From Octopus vulgaris (lineage: Eukaryota): a stretch of 64,000 bases of DNA. The notes beneath the pieces are model-generated. The model saw only the letters and a program-made list of their open reading frames with translations, did not search any database and was not told the origin of the DNA. How positions within the stretch are numbered: the stretch's first letter is position 1; every line of letters begins with the position of its first letter. Both the position numbers and the translations under genes were made by a program. Shown in pieces: positions 39,437-53,670 of the stretch. Location of the stretch: positions 68,882,001 to 68,946,000 of the forward strand of contig OX597814.1 of the NCBI GenBank assembly GCA_951406725.2, written 5' to 3'.

Positions 39437-41052
39437 ATGGATTCCAGCGATCCTTCTCAAATCGTGCAAATGAGCCCTTGCAAAACCGCTACAGCTACTT
39501 TTTTAGAGCTTTCTTGCAAGTGGTAAGCTCCCAGTCAAATTGAAAGAAGGGGTAATATGCCCTATCCATAAGGGAGGTAGCAGAGCAGAAGCTAAAAATT
39601 ATAGACCTATCTCTCTGACCTCACACATCAGCAAAGTCATGGAATGAATAGTCCGTAAGAAACTAATCATGCTCCTTGAAGAAAATGACTTGCTGTCTGA
39701 CACCCAGCATGGATTTCGACCAGTAGAGGCTGCCTAACACAGCTCCTGCAACACTATGACTGGGTCTTGAAATAGCTACTAAATGGCTCAAATGTGGATG
39801 TAATATATCTCGACTTTGCAAAAGCCTTTGATAAAGTCGACCATGGTATGATCTGTCACAAACAGCGTGGTCTCGGCATAGGCGGAAAACTTGGAGAGTG
39901 GCTGCACAACTTCCTGAAAGACAGAAAACAGGCAGTTGTGAGCAATGGATCCACCTCCAAGGAAACGCAAATAACAAGCGATGTCCCACAGGGCACTGTC
40001 CTGGGGCCACTGATGTTCATAGTGGTCCTTTCAGACATGCCTTCAGTTGCTACGATGACCACCCTTGCTAGCTATGCAGATGACTCAAAAGTCTCCAACG
40101 CAATACAAAACCCTGAAATATTGCGCCTCTGCAACAGGAGCTGGACACAATATACAGGTGGGCTGAGGACAACAACATGCAGTTTAATGCAGGTAAGTTC
40201 CAGGCCCTGCACTACTAGCACACAAAGGTAAACGACGTGCAGACTGGATACACTGGCCCAGGAAGAATTGCAATCCCTGAGTCAAAATCAGTGCGTGACC
40301 TGAGCATTGACATGAGCAATGATGCATCTTTCCAAGTGCATATTGCTAATCTGGTGATAAAATGCAGACGGCTAGCTGGATGGATTCTCTGAACTTTCAG
40401 AACAAGAGAGAAGGAGACACTGATGGTCCTATGGAAAACATTCGTCCTCAGCCGCTTGGACTACTGCTCCCAACTGTGGTCACCACACAATATAAAACTA
40501 ACAGCAGAACTCGAAGCAATTCAGAGAAGCTACACAAAGAAAATCGTCTCAATGCAAAATATCAGCTACTGGGAAAGACTGAAGGTATTAAACCTCTTCT
40601 CCCTAGAGCGGAGGCGGGAGAGATATGCGGTGATATACATCTGGAAAATCCTGAAGGGTCTTGTCCCAAACTTTGGCATTCAAAGTTACACCAACCGCAG
40701 AACGGGGCGCCACTGCATGGTGCCAAGGATTCCAACATCACCATCAAAATACAGGTCCAGATACTGCAACAGCTTGGGTTTCAGAGGACCACAGCTCTTT
40801 AACATCCTCCCTAAATGCCTGAGAGACTTACATGGTGTGGATGTGGGTTTCTTTAAAACTAAACTGGATCTCTTCTTGTCGGGAGCCCCAGATGAACCTA
40901 ACTCACACGCGGATGCGGGCAGCAGCATCGAACTCCCTTGTTGATCAAGTGCCACGTATCAGAGGTGGATTCGCAAATTAGTGTAGCTCATTCAGCAGTG
41001 GTGCCCCAGCATGGCCGCGGCCTTCGGGCTAAAACATTTTTAAGGATTTAAG
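39437..41052 (+). mobile_element. 5'-truncated CR1-group LINE (same family as 16607-20431, opposite orientation)
   Basis: YLDFAKAFDKVDHG, VPQGTVLGP, YADD, LERRRERY, GPQLFNILP. Same 3' tail ending TTTAAGGATTTAAGG. Confidence 0.93.
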
Positions 41053-41087
41053 GTTTTATATATATATATATATACACATATATATAC

Positions 41088-41168
<81 letters not shown>

Positions 41169-41231
41169 CACATATGTATGTATATATATATATATGCATA
41201 TATATATACATATATACATATATATATATGC

Positions 41232-41262
<31 letters not shown>

Positions 41263-41288
41263 TATATGCATATATATACATGCATATA

Positions 41289-41700
41289 TCTTTATATATA
41301 TAAAACTGAGAATGTGTGTCTGTCTGTCTGTCTGTTTCCCTAAAACTTGAGAACTACACAACCAATTTCATTCAAATTTTAGACATGCCTTACTTAGTGT
41401 CCATGTAGTTTCATTGGCAAAAAAATGTTCAGCTTCTTGCCTAGAGCGAGCCCATAGCAATATCATATCTTCTCTACTATTTCAGTATTACATGTTAAAA
41501 GTGAAACAAAAACGTTTCTCTATATTATGTCAGATACTTTCACTTTAACAATAAAAATAATAATAACAATTGAATTATATGTAGTAAGTAATAATTAAAA
41601 TCAAACTAAAAAGTTAAAATAGCAATTGATATAAAATAGCATCAATGACTTGAACTTGAATAAGTGGTTTCACATGAATGGGAATAAATTAAAAATAAAA
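41289..41700 (+). mobile_element. Probable Helitron 5' fragment (right boundary uncertain)
   Basis: Starts A|TCTTTATATATAAAA...GTGTGTCTGTCTGTC, like the Helitron 5' ends at 59136 and 61406. Confidence 0.55.
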
Positions 41701-42220
41701 TTAGCATGCTGAAATGGAATAGTCCAGATGGATAATAAAAAATTAAATTAAAGAAAAGACTATTGTCTATAAAGTATACAATGTAGAGAAAAAAGAAGAT
41801 TTGAACACATGGAGGAAAGCACCTTCGAAAAGTGTCTTGGTGCGACTATGAAAGGTATCTAATCAGAGGGACGTAGGACGTCCCGGAAAAAAATTTTTAA
41901 TGTCCCCCCCCCTCTCCCCGAAGTAGAGGTAGGCTGGATTGTAGCCACACTTCTATACAAGAGGGAGGACAAGATACAATTGATCGAAATTACAAGAGAC
42001 AGGCTAACAATTCCAGTCTGTTATATATTTTGAGTATTGTTATCACTAGTGATATCAAGATATAACTTTGTATTTTGTATTTTACGTGTAGATGCATATA
42101 TGTGTACATGTAATATGTACACATATATATACACATATATACATGCACTAGCACTATGACCCGGCAACGACAGGTCTTTAATGCTCGTATATATATATAT
42201 ATATAAATACAAAATACAAA

Positions 42221-43400
42221 CATCAATGGAATTTGTATCTTTGTGGTTCCAGTACCGGTGGCACACAAGAAAACCATCCGATCGTGGCCGTTCGCCAGCC
42301 TCATCTGGCACCTGTGTCGGTGGCACATAAAAACACCATCCGAAGACCCGGCGACGTAGTCAGTCCACCTGTGCATACCTTCCTACTTATGACACTTGTG
42401 AAGACCTATTGAGGCAAGTGAAAATCAAAATCAAAATCAAATCAAATCAAATCAAACCAAATCAAAATAGATGAACATCAATGGAATTTGTATCTTTGTG
42501 GTACCAGTACCGGTGGCACACAAGAAAACCATCCGAACGTGGCCGTAGCCAGTACCGCATCGACTGGCCTCTGTGATGTGGGCACATAACAAACACCATC
42601 CGATCGTGGCCGTCCGCCAGCCTCATCTGGCACCTGTGTCGGTGGCACATAAAAACACCAACCGAAGACCCGGCAAGACTAGTCAGGCCATAACCCATGG
42701 CCCCTACTTGGGACGTAGTCAGTCCACCTGTGCATACCTTCCTTCCTTCTTGTGACACTTGTGAAGACCTGTTGAGGCAAGTGAAAATCAAATCAAATCA
42801 AATCAAAATAGATGAACATCAATGGAATTTGTATCTTGTGGTACCAGTGCCAGTGGCACACAAGAAAACCATCCGAACGTGGCTGTAGCCAGTACCGCAT
42901 CGACTGGCCTCCGTGCTGTGGGCACGCAACAAACACCATCCGATCGTGGCCGTTCGCCAGCCTCATCTGGCACCTGTGTCGGTGGCACATAAAAACACCA
43001 TCCGAAGACCCGGCAAGACTAGTCAGGCCATAACCCGTGGCCCCTACCTGGGACGTAGTCAGTCCACCTGTGCATACCTTCCTTCTTGTGACACTTGTGA
43101 AGACCTGTTGAGGCAAGTGAAAATCAAATCAAATCAAAACAAATCAAAATAGATGAACATCAATGGAATTTGTATCTTTGTGGACCAGTGCCGGTGGCAC
43201 ACAAGAAAATCATCCGAACGTGGCCGTAGCCAGTACCGCATAGACTGGCCTCCGTGCTTTGGGGACGTAACAAACACCATCCGATCGTGGCCGTCCGCCA
43301 GCCTCATCTGGCACCTGTGTCGGTGGCACATAAAAACACCATCCGAGCGTGGCCGTTCGCCAGCCTCGTCTGGCACCTGTGTCGGTGGCACATAAAATCA
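42221..43400 (+). repeat. Higher-order tandem repeat: 341-bp units, each with three sub-repeats of about 60 bp and an (AAATC)n tract
   Basis: CATCAATGGAATTTGTATCT occurs at 42221, 42476, 42817 and 43158. Confidence 0.92.
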
Positions 43401-43560
43401 CCCACTACACTCTCGGAGTGGTTGGCGTTAGGAAGGGCATCCAGCTGTAGAAACACTGCCAGATCTGACTGGCCTGGTGCAGCCTTCGGGCTCCCCAGAC
43501 CCCAGTTGAACCGTCCAACCCATGCTAGCATGGAAAACGGACGCTAAATGATGATGATGA
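43378..43560 (+). mobile_element. Probable RTE-related SINE 3' part ending in (GAT)n
   Basis: GAGTGGTTGGCGTTAGGAAGGGCATCCAGCTGTAGAAAC...CATGCTAGCATGGAAAACGGACGCTAAATGATGATG. Decayed inverted relatives near 51210-51400, 55020-55250 and 55530-55600. Confidence 0.65.
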
Positions 43561-44151
43561 TATATATATGTGCATGTATATATATATGCATGGATGTGTA
43601 TAGCTTGTTGTTTTGGCTTTGTGAGTGAAAAATTATAGAGGAGGATGTCCACATTTGTTCCAGGTTTGTGTGTGTGTGTACACACACACACACATGAATG
43701 GGTTATATAAGGCACAATATTTGCAAGATTATTAAGGCAATAGACGTTAGTTTAGAGACCACATAATAATAATTTCAAATTTTACTAGATTCTGTTGGAT
43801 CCCTAGACAAAGTAATATACTTCTGCTTGCTTTTATGTACTTCACAAGAATAACAGCTTGTACTCCCAGTTAAACTATTGCTAGTGAGGAAAACATCCAG
43901 AATGTTGATACACTCCATGCATACAAATATATAGAAATAGATGTACATTAATAAAAAATATATATAATGTTAAAATCCCCAAATTACCTTTTCACAAATC
44001 TATTAGTATTATTAAATGGAACATATTTTAATGAAACTAGAGAAAACTGATGGAAAAATCAACACTGTTAGAAAAGAAAATGAAAGTATTATTCAAAAAG
44101 TAAAAAAGTTGGATGATGCATTCTTTTAAGAAACTTCTTGAATGCCTGCTG

Positions 44152-44308
44152 CTAAGCAGAGTACTTCACACGGATAGGTACACTTCCATTTATATCATCC
44201 AAATTGTCTGAAGACAGAGTAACAATGATTTCTCGTGATCCATACTTGTAAGCATAAATCTCCACAACTTTTGTGGTCTCAGCACCCGGCTGTAAACTGG
44301 CTTCCTCT
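44152..44308 (-). CDS. Transglutaminase-like gene, terminal coding exon
   Basis: Polypyrimidine tract plus CAG acceptor; (R)EEASLQPGAETTKVVEIYAYKYGSREIIVTLSSDNLDDINGSVPIRVKYSA-stop. Phase matches the previous exon and the peptide resembles a transglutaminase C-terminus. Confidence 0.9.
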
Positions 44309-46026
44309 CTGAAAAAAAATAAATAGAAATAATTATGTATTACTGTCTTTTTCATATATATCCATAGATACATGAAATAGTCGGAATATACATATCCTTT
44401 GAGTAATCCTAATCAATAGATCATTAAATGTTTAAGATATTCATTTCTAAGAGTCTTAATAGAATCATACATTGTTTTCATTCTTATGTTGTGATAAAGT
44501 AGCATTGCTAAAGAAACAAGTATGAGATTCCACCAATAGTCAGTCAATTCATTTAGGTTTCTGAATTTAAATCACATATGCAAATAATATTTCTAAAGAA
44601 TTAAAAAAGAGAGGACCAATAGCATAATCAACAAATATATCAATGTTCCATAAAATGAGAGTTGCACCCAAGAATTTGATCAGGTGTCCTTACTTTTCTT
44701 ATCAACATGTACTCAAACAGAACAGACCAGGTAAAGGATATGAACTGACATGTAGGAGTGGCAATTTTCAGCTTTTCTTAAAAACAATCACAAATCCATC
44801 CTTAAATTACTATACAAGCTTTAAATGACTGCTGGAATCAAAGAGAGAGCAATTAGATAGTTGTTTGACTTGCTAGAAATAACAGCCAAATTAGTAAAAT
44901 CACACCCTACATTCACAATATCATCAACAGCCTGTTTATCAGCATTTTTAAACAAGTACTATGCAGTCATTCTCATGAGTTTGAATAAAGTATGGCATCC
45001 GGAAACCACCTTTATCAGGGTTCAGAAATTGAGAATAAGAGTCCTTACAATATTATTGTGGCAAAATCTTGCACCAGAAATATATAAGTTTTAGTCTTTT
45101 ATTTGGATTACATCAGCTTTATGGGAAGAAAAAGAGATTTACAAGATGAGTAACAAGTAAGTTTTCCAAATTTGTTTGCTCTAGGGTTGTACCGTGAAGA
45201 TAAGATTCAAATTCTGCCTAACAGCATCAATTATACTTACACATCTTCAAAGAGCATCTGGAAGCTACTTTCTAGAAAAACAAATCAATGATAAATAATA
45301 GCCATTGCCCATATAGTCTTGGAAACATGATATGAAGGAAGCAGGATATACAAGAAGTATTTTCTTGGTTTGGAATGCAAAATGTGATACAAAACAACTT
45401 AGTAGGGTACACTGAATAGAACAATTTCCAACCACCTTTCATCTTCCAACAATGAGAACTGCAGTAAAAAAATGCCAATCCCAACTAAACTACATCCTCT
45501 AATAGCTAAGACAGCAGTAGAAATTGCTACTCCCAACTGAGTTTCATATTTCAACAGTGAGAAATACAGTAAGATCTATTACTATCAATTTAACTTCTTT
45601 CAGCTGTGAAGATTGTAGTAAAAGGTGCAACTCTCAAGTCAAGGTCTATTCACAAAGTGATATCCTGAATTAAGACTTCAATAATCAAGGTCAGTTTTTT
45701 TTTTCTTTTTTGTTGATGCACTGAAACATGACCACAGCCTGCTGACAACTTTAAGTAAAAACAAGTTTACATAATGGAAATAAATCAATATACTTGTACC
45801 AAATATCAAAACGGTTTTTGTTAATCATACAACATCAAAGAATAATAGCAGTAAAAACTATTAATTCTTTATCTGATTTCACTGGGATTGCAATAGTGGT
45901 AAGCAAATTAAGCAAACAAGTAATACAATGCACCAACAACATAGTAATCACTGTATATTCCATCTTTTAGAACTGCAAGAACAACAATTACATGACTAAC
46001 AACAGTTAGATTTATTCAACTCCTAC

Positions 46027-46157
46027 CTGATTTCAAAAGATTTTCGAACTCCAGATCCTTCAATATGGTAGACAACATTTGTCATTTCTCTTTTTAGTGG
46101 ATTTGTAAACTGGATGGTTAGATCAAATGCATCCCCATGTTTAATGCTGTCAGGACA
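46027..46157 (-). CDS. Transglutaminase-like gene, penultimate coding exon (second Ig-like barrel)
   Basis: Not in the ORF track. Hand translation CPDSIKHGDAFDLTIQFTNPLKREMTNVVYHIEGSGVRKSFEI(R) has the F.NPL.......EGSG motif. CAG/GTAGGA boundaries, phase 2 out. Confidence 0.92.
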
Positions 46158-46853
46158 CTGGAATAAATCATCATTATCATACTATTTTAACATCAACATC
46201 AACATCATGGACATATTCTATCATAGTTCACTCATCAATAATCTCAATTGAAGCATCATCAACATTATCAAAACTGAATACCAACAACAATTCTGTTCTA
46301 CTAACATCACAACAACCATGTTGTTACTAAAACAACTACAACCATCTTCCCTTGTGGTGAAGCCAGCCAACTCTTTGACCACTCCTAGCTATATGACTAT
46401 AAAACACAAGACTTTCATCTCAAAACTTCTTTCCTGCTATTTGACACCATCATATCACAACGAAAAATGTCCAGCTGCTAAAGCTAAGAAATTCTCTTAC
46501 TTTTAAACGTTCATCATTTCTGTTCAGTTATTTAACTTGTATTACTAACATGCTAAACAATCCTTAACTTCATAACCTTAACATGAAGCTAGCCTGTATT
46601 AACATTTCTTTTTCGCAATGTGCCCACCCTTTCCCACCCCACCACCAATACTAGAAATCCCTTCTCTTGTGGCTAGCTGGCTTCCTCTCTCGAATGCCAG
46701 TAATCTCTTCCCTTTACCATGAAATCTCTTCCTTTTTACCTCATACTGAAAACTTCCACAGAGCTCTGCTTTACTTCTGTACCAGCAGATCTATATACCT
46801 CTGTCCTTCCCTCCCTTCCAAACCATCTTCCTCTCACCCTCCTCCCTCTCCCT

Positions 46854-47218
<365 letters not shown>

Positions 47219-47256
47219 TGTATCCAACCACATTCTTTCACACACCAACTTTCTCA

Positions 47257-47292
<36 letters not shown>

Positions 47293-47479
47293 GAACTAAC
47301 CCAGCCAGATAGCAGCACATTTACTTACTTAATTTAACATTGGCATATTTATATCAATATTTGCAGTAACATTTATATTTACAATACTTACCTTACTCTC
47401 ACTCCCAGTAGAGGCAACAATTTTAACTTGTTTGAATGAGGATAGGTTAAAAGTGAGACCAACTGTTATGACATGTCTG

Positions 47480-48150
47480 GTATCAAACGGTCATGGAAAC
47501 CTTCTTTTCAGGTGCTGAATAACATCTCTCCTTCCCATGTCCCCTCCCACATCTCTTTCCCAGTTTTCAGAGTTGGCACTGTAAATGTAGGCACACTGAA
47601 ATGTAGACCTAACGAGATCATAGAGATGCTTGAAAGTAGGCATGTTGATGTATGTTGCATCCAAGAGGTTAGGTGGAGAGGAGCTTTAGCCAGGTTCCTC
47701 ACAGGCAAGACACATAGGTATAAAATCTTCTGGGAAGGTAACAGTGATGGAGTAGGTGGTGTGGGCATACCCTTTGCTGAGAAATGGGTGGATAAGGTCA
47801 TAGAGGTAGTTAGAGTATGCTTAAGCTCAGGCTGGTCTTGCAGAATAGTATAGTTACAATTATATCTGCCTACATCCCACAAACAGGCCAACCAAATGAA
47901 CAGATATGAACAGACACTTTTATGATATTCTGCTGCAGGCTACCTCCAAGACGAGTGACAATGATCTCATCTTCATGGTTGGAGATTTCAATGGACATGT
48001 TGGACAGCTGCTTGATATCTACGGTGGTGTTCATGGGGGCCATGGAATTGGTTCCTGAAATGAAGAGGGAACAAGGCTACTGGTGTTCTGTGATATGAAT
48101 GACCTTTTGATCTGCAACACCAACTTCAGGAAGCCAACCAGCCACCTGAA
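47480..48150 (+). mobile_element. RTE-clade LINE endonuclease fragment (pseudogene)
   Basis: RVGTVNVGTL, VDVCCIQEVRWRG, GVGGVGI, GDFNGHVG, LLICNTNFRK. Confidence 0.85.
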
Positions 48151-49637
48151 AACCATGAAGTCAAGTGACTACACCTTGCTTTCACCGCAAATGAGATTAA
48201 GTAGGGTCAATCACGCCCAACTTCCTTGCTACATCCTTCCATCTTTTCTCGAATATACTTCATGACAGGTGTCTCCTCTCCAGCTCTATCTTGCTCCTCA
48301 GATGATATCTGAAGTAATACAGCAACCCAAGGCCAGAAGGATCCTGTTACAAGTCCTTGCATTCTAGTTCTCCACACAAACTCTTTCAACACTGTGCACA
48401 AAAAACATGCCTCACCTTCCTTTGGTAGTCCGGTTGGTGGTACAATCTTTATCACAGACTCAGCTGATAGCTGTACTCTTCCCAGGTGCAACAACACATG
48501 TTCGATGTAAATTATCAAGCCCAAAAGCTCTGGGCACTGTACAACAGCATGCAGGACGGTTTCATCATCCTGCCTGCACCGTAGGCATGTCAGTGGCAGT
48601 GATATTCTATGCCTGGACAATTTTTTGTGAACAGGTAACACGTTCCTATAGCACTACCAGGTCAGGGATATTTGGTAGTTATCCAAGTACCCTGGCCTGA
48701 AAGTTCTGGACTGGTTGGCTAGCTGGTTCTCATGAAGCCCTAGAGCACCTCCCAGGATGCCATCACTCTTAAACTCCACCAGCCCTTTATAATAATACCG
48801 AAGTGGTATTCCCGCTGCCGGCTTTGCCTGCCATGTGGATAAGCGTGAGTGCCTTTCGGCACTCCTTTTGCCATTCGGCCGTAATACGTCTTCTAATCAA
48901 ATAGGGTGTAAATTCCTCCAAGGAAGCCAGTCATGGAAATAATTCTTTTGCAAGCGAATTCCATGCCTGACCGCCATCCAGGTAGAGCCAGAGATGCCTT
49001 AGCCTCAGTGCATGCCTGCACATCATTAGCCATGGCATTCCTAATCCACTCTTTAGCAGTTCTTGACAGCAAACAGAGTGCCTCACAAGTGGCTTTCCTT
49101 CCTTCTACAACAAGTGGAAGACAAGGCATGCCAACAAATCAGGGCAAGGGACAACAGTCAGACGGTAGGTGATAATAGATGCAATAAACACCAGCACCAC
49201 CTACGCCTTGCCTTTCAGGGATAGCGCCCTTCCAGACCAGGTCCAGACTAGGGCCTCAACCCTGCCTGCCACCTCATTCCAATTCTTCTCCATCTTGGAA
49301 TCTGGTCTAAACCAGACTCCAAGCAACTTAACAGGACCATCTGTCCAGTGCTCCATGACACTGGACATTATCGGCCTGCCACTCCAGGTGCTGAACCGCA
49401 AGCCGATCGACTTGCCTTTGTCAATTTTTTCCCCTGCCACTGCCTGGTATCCTTTGATTGCATCCTCTACACAAGGTAGCTGAGCTTCGTTGGACATGGC
49501 GATGGTGACATCATCTGCATATGCAGAAACAGACTTACCACATCTGATTTCATTGGGGATGCCCCCCAAACTCTCCAACTTCTGCAGCAATGGTTCAAGA
49601 GCCAGTACATACAGAAGCAGAGACAGGAGGCACCCTT
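48150..49637 (-). mobile_element. Tx1/L1-clade LINE 3' fragment (RT C-half plus C-terminal zinc finger), degenerate
   Basis: GC.LS.LLYVLALEPLL, SAYADDVT, VKLLGVWF, WSGRALSLKGKA, CLRC...ETVLHAVVQCP. Confidence 0.88.
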
Positions 49638-49734
49638 AATTCAGCCAACACATTGGCTGATCTGCACTAGTAGATTGCCCAATCAAAAAAAATTATCGGA
49701 GTAATGGCATTAAACAGTGTTTATGTATAATCAG

Positions 49735-50031
49735 AATTTAGGTTAGTTGAAATATGTTTGTCACATATTTCAACTGCTGGCTGAATTATATATAAAGCTA
49801 TAAGCTTTATTCAGTTCATCCAGAGTTGCCTCTCTTAGGCACATCTCATCAACAAGAGTCAGCAAACTCAAAACATTGATGTCTGAGATTCCTGTGAGAG
49901 GGTGACACTAAACGAACAGGGTGTTTTCACACCTTTTTATCATAAGAGAGATTTTTTCTCCATGGTAACTGCGGTGTAACTGCCTTTAGCATTTGAAATA
50001 TGTGACAAACATATTTCAATTAAACTAAATT
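49735..50031. repeat. Short inverted repeat pair (about 43-bp arms) around a spacer of about 210 bp
   Basis: TTGAAATATGTTTGTCACATATTT and AAATATGTGACAAACATATTTCAA. Confidence 0.75.
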
Positions 50032-50356
50032 GTGAATGTGTGTGTGTGTGTGTGTGTGTACTATATGACATACTTCAACATTTATCTATTCGCATACATA
50101 CATCAATTTAAATCTCATGGTTCATTTTTCATCTGCATTAATTATATTTTCCACAAATTCCATTTACTTGATGATGTTTGAATCAGAATCATTTTCTCAC
50201 CTTGTTTTTAGATTTCAAGGCAGTTTTTTTTATATCAATTGCATGAATAATCTCAATTTTAGTTTTCAGTTCACTTTATTACTATGTATGTGCAGCCCTA
50301 ATGTGCTGGTATTTAGTATACAGAATAATCTCCTGAAATACTTTCACTCAGCTCTA

Positions 50357-50438
<82 letters not shown>

Positions 50439-50596
50439 CATAAGTGTATTTATGATGGCCTACATATCAGTATCTGTGAATATTTGAATGCATATGTCTG
50501 TGTATGATAGAAGTTGCAACCAAATGCATTTGTATAAAGTCAAGTGTACTTTCATATGTGAGTGCATACACCGGTATAACTATAATTATTTTTTAC

Positions 50597-50757
50597 CTTC
50601 AGGATTAAAGCTGGCTTCTCAACAACAATGTTGTGCTCATCAACAAAAGTCTGACCAGTTTCTTTAACTTCTGCCACAATGAAAATAGACATTGTTCCAT
50701 CACTGTTGATTTTAGACTCATAATCTTCAGGATTAAGTGTTAATTTTACCATTGTAT
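50597..50757 (-). CDS. Transglutaminase-like gene, internal exon
   Basis: (D)TMVKLTLNPEDYESKINSDGTMSIFIVAEVKETGQTFVDEHNIVVEKPALILK. CAG acceptor, GT donor; phase 1 in, phase 0 out. Confidence 0.92.
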
Positions 50758-50784
50758 CTGCAAAACAGAAGTAGAGAACCAATA

Positions 50785-50904
<120 letters not shown>

Positions 50905-52379
50905 TCTCATCTCTTTCTTTTTTCCTTTTCTTTATTTCAATTTATTGCACAGCATCAGTGTAATGAATAACAAACTGAAGTAACATCAACAAGTAGGTTA
51001 ACATTCTTCTGACTCAGCCAAATATGACTTCCAAGTAAAGATTTATCTAACATTTTTAATATTATCATTTATTTATAAACTTGCAGTACAATGAAGTAGG
51101 ATATGAAAACAAGTGTCTAAAGAATTTTGTCTATTCTATTACTCCCCATAACTTGGGTATTTTCCAGTCCAAACTTTTATGACTATAAAGAAAATTCTCT
51201 GAGGATCCATCATCATCATTTAACATTTGTCTTCTATGTGTTGAACAGTTTGACAGAGTTCCACAAGCCAGAGGACAAGTCAAAGGATGATTTATTTGAA
51301 TATGGTTTCTTCTTAATGCCAACCCCTTTATAGAGTATACTGAGTACTTTTCTCACAGCACCAGCACTAGTGCAATTGCCAAGTAACTTACAAGACAAAG
51401 AAAAGACTTTCAACTGAGTGGAGTTATAGCAGTAAAGGAGACGGTTTTATGCCAGGTATTGAGGCTAAAGTGTAACAGAGAGACAGGTGCAAGTGTCTTG
51501 TTATACAGGAGATACATGGCTACCCAGCATTATATAAGAATGAGTAGGAGTAAGTGGAAAGAAGACAATGATGGTGATGACAAGGTGTTAGAGAGTACTC
51601 TCAAGATACAAGAAGATAAGTATAAGAAAGAATTGGCAAAGGCGGGTGAATAAGTTCATTAGAGCATGAAAGGAAAGTGACAGATGATTAGAGATGGAGT
51701 AGAGGTGAATGTAGTGAATAGATCAAGAGTGGAGATACTATCAATGGAATATATCAGATGAAAGAATGGGAATGGCTCAAGAAAGAAGAGATAATATGTG
51801 GCAGTACAGGAAAGAAGGAGAACAGTAATACAACAAACCTGTAGGTAGATCAGCAAATATGTAGAAGATGTGTGAAAGGGACGGGTGAGGTGCAAGAATG
51901 AGTGATGTACAGCGAGAAATGGATGTCAGAGGTACATAGGGGTAACTATAGTAAGTAGGGGATAAAGGTGTGGGAGGTCAATAACAGCACATTTGACAGT
52001 GTGATGAGAATGGCAGCAGAGAAGGTGTTAAAGATAAGATAATAGCAGTCATAAGATGTACCTCAAGTAGGAACAGAAAGAAGTAAACAGTGGAAAATAA
52101 AGTGAGAAAGGATTATACTGAGAATGATGTTGACAAAATATTGAAAAGAATTTTAAAAGGAAGTGGTTCTAGAGAGATAGAGAGAGAAAGGAACTTGGTA
52201 GCACAAAGAAGGATGAAATATGAGCATATTCTGCCTTCATATGATTATATTATAGGAACTAAATAGTGCCATATACAGAAGAGTGGAAGGATGGGTGTTA
52301 GGAAGATGAAAATGAGAATGATATGACAGGGACAGACTGGGTGTGGAGGCAGTGCCCAGTACATTTAGAGACTTAAAAA

Positions 52380-53670
52380 TAATGCTTTTAGCACCTGTCT
52401 CCTTGAGACAGATAGTATTCTTGAGTAGAGCAAATTGCCAATCATCCCAATTCTTTGTCATGTCTACAAGGTTCAACATCCTGAGATCAGCCCTCACTAC
52501 TTTTTTTGTGTCTCCCTGGGTCTCTCTTTTCCACAAGCTCCACCTACATTTAGTGATTGGTGCTTCATTATACAGCTGTTCTCATCCATATGCATCAACA
52601 TGGCCATTGAGTGCAGTCAACTTACTTGAACATTACATCTGATTCTACTTACATTCAATTTTCCTGTCACCATATTTGCACTTTATTGTAAATGCACACT
52701 GACATACAATCAAAAAGCACATTAGCTTCATTCCTGCATTTATGATTCATGTCTCATAACCATACGGCATTGTTCCTTTTCACAGATATCATATAATGTG
52801 CTTTTTACCCAGACAGAAAGACCTTTGTTGCCAAACTTTCTGCATCCGATTCTTATTTTAGTAACAATGCTTTCAAAGTATCCTTCTCCACTGCTGATTA
52901 GATCACCTAGGTAACAGAAACTATCTGCCACCACAAAGGATCCTCCTGGGCTTTCAAGAAAATCTATTTTCTGCGAGTTCTTAGTGTTTATTAACCCTAC
53001 ACATCTGCATACAGAGTCTACTTTCTCTGGAAACCTTCTTGTGATTCCACTGCTCATCTTGTGTCCATAGCCTGTACTGGGTACATCAAATAAAATTTTT
53101 ACCTACACTTTTCCTACTCACCAAACAAAGCTATTTTCCTGAAGTAAATGAAATCTTAACTGTTTTCCTGCTAACTATAACTTTACTCTTCACTGAGTCT
53201 AAAGCCCTTTGATACCAGGTTTTGCTTCCAAACTTAGAATTTCTTTTTCAGCTCTACTACAGATTTCTCTATGAGAATGAGGTTATCAGCACATAGCAGT
53301 TATTAGGAACAACTTGTCTTAAATTCCTCTGTTATTGCAAAAGGATAATGTAAAATAGGAGGGAACAAGAACTGAGAACTGAGCCCTGGTAAACTCCTGC
53401 CTGTACCCTAAATTTGGTACTGTACTCATTGCTAACTCTCACCTTACTGCCAGCATACCTGTACATTGCCTGTATGACTCTCACAAACCATTCATCTACC
53501 TCCATCTTCCTCAAGGACTGCCAGATCACAAAGTGAGATATCTTGTTGGAGGCTTTCTCCACATTGATGAATGCTAAGTAGAATGGCTTACTTTTAGCCA
53601 TATACTTCTCCTGAAGTTGTTTTATTTGAAAGAGGACATCAGTAATGCTTTTTACTTGACACAAAATCCA
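52380..53670 (-). mobile_element. Highly degenerate RTE-clade RT fragment
   Basis: LQEKY...FYLAFINVEKA, IWQSLRK, VRVIQAMY...SKVRV, GVYQGSVLS, SFCYLGD. Confidence 0.82.

Noticed and set aside
42700-42790. Possible HDV-like or hammerhead ribozyme in the 341-bp unit (CAG-TCCAC-CTG; TGAAGA-CCT...AGG)
   Set aside because: I could not find a P1 partner for an HDV fold, or a GAAA/stem III for a hammerhead.
42221-43400. Repeat-spacer appearance suggesting a CRISPR array
   Set aside because: The intervening sequences are themselves repeated, the context is eukaryotic and there are no cas genes. It is a higher-order tandem repeat.
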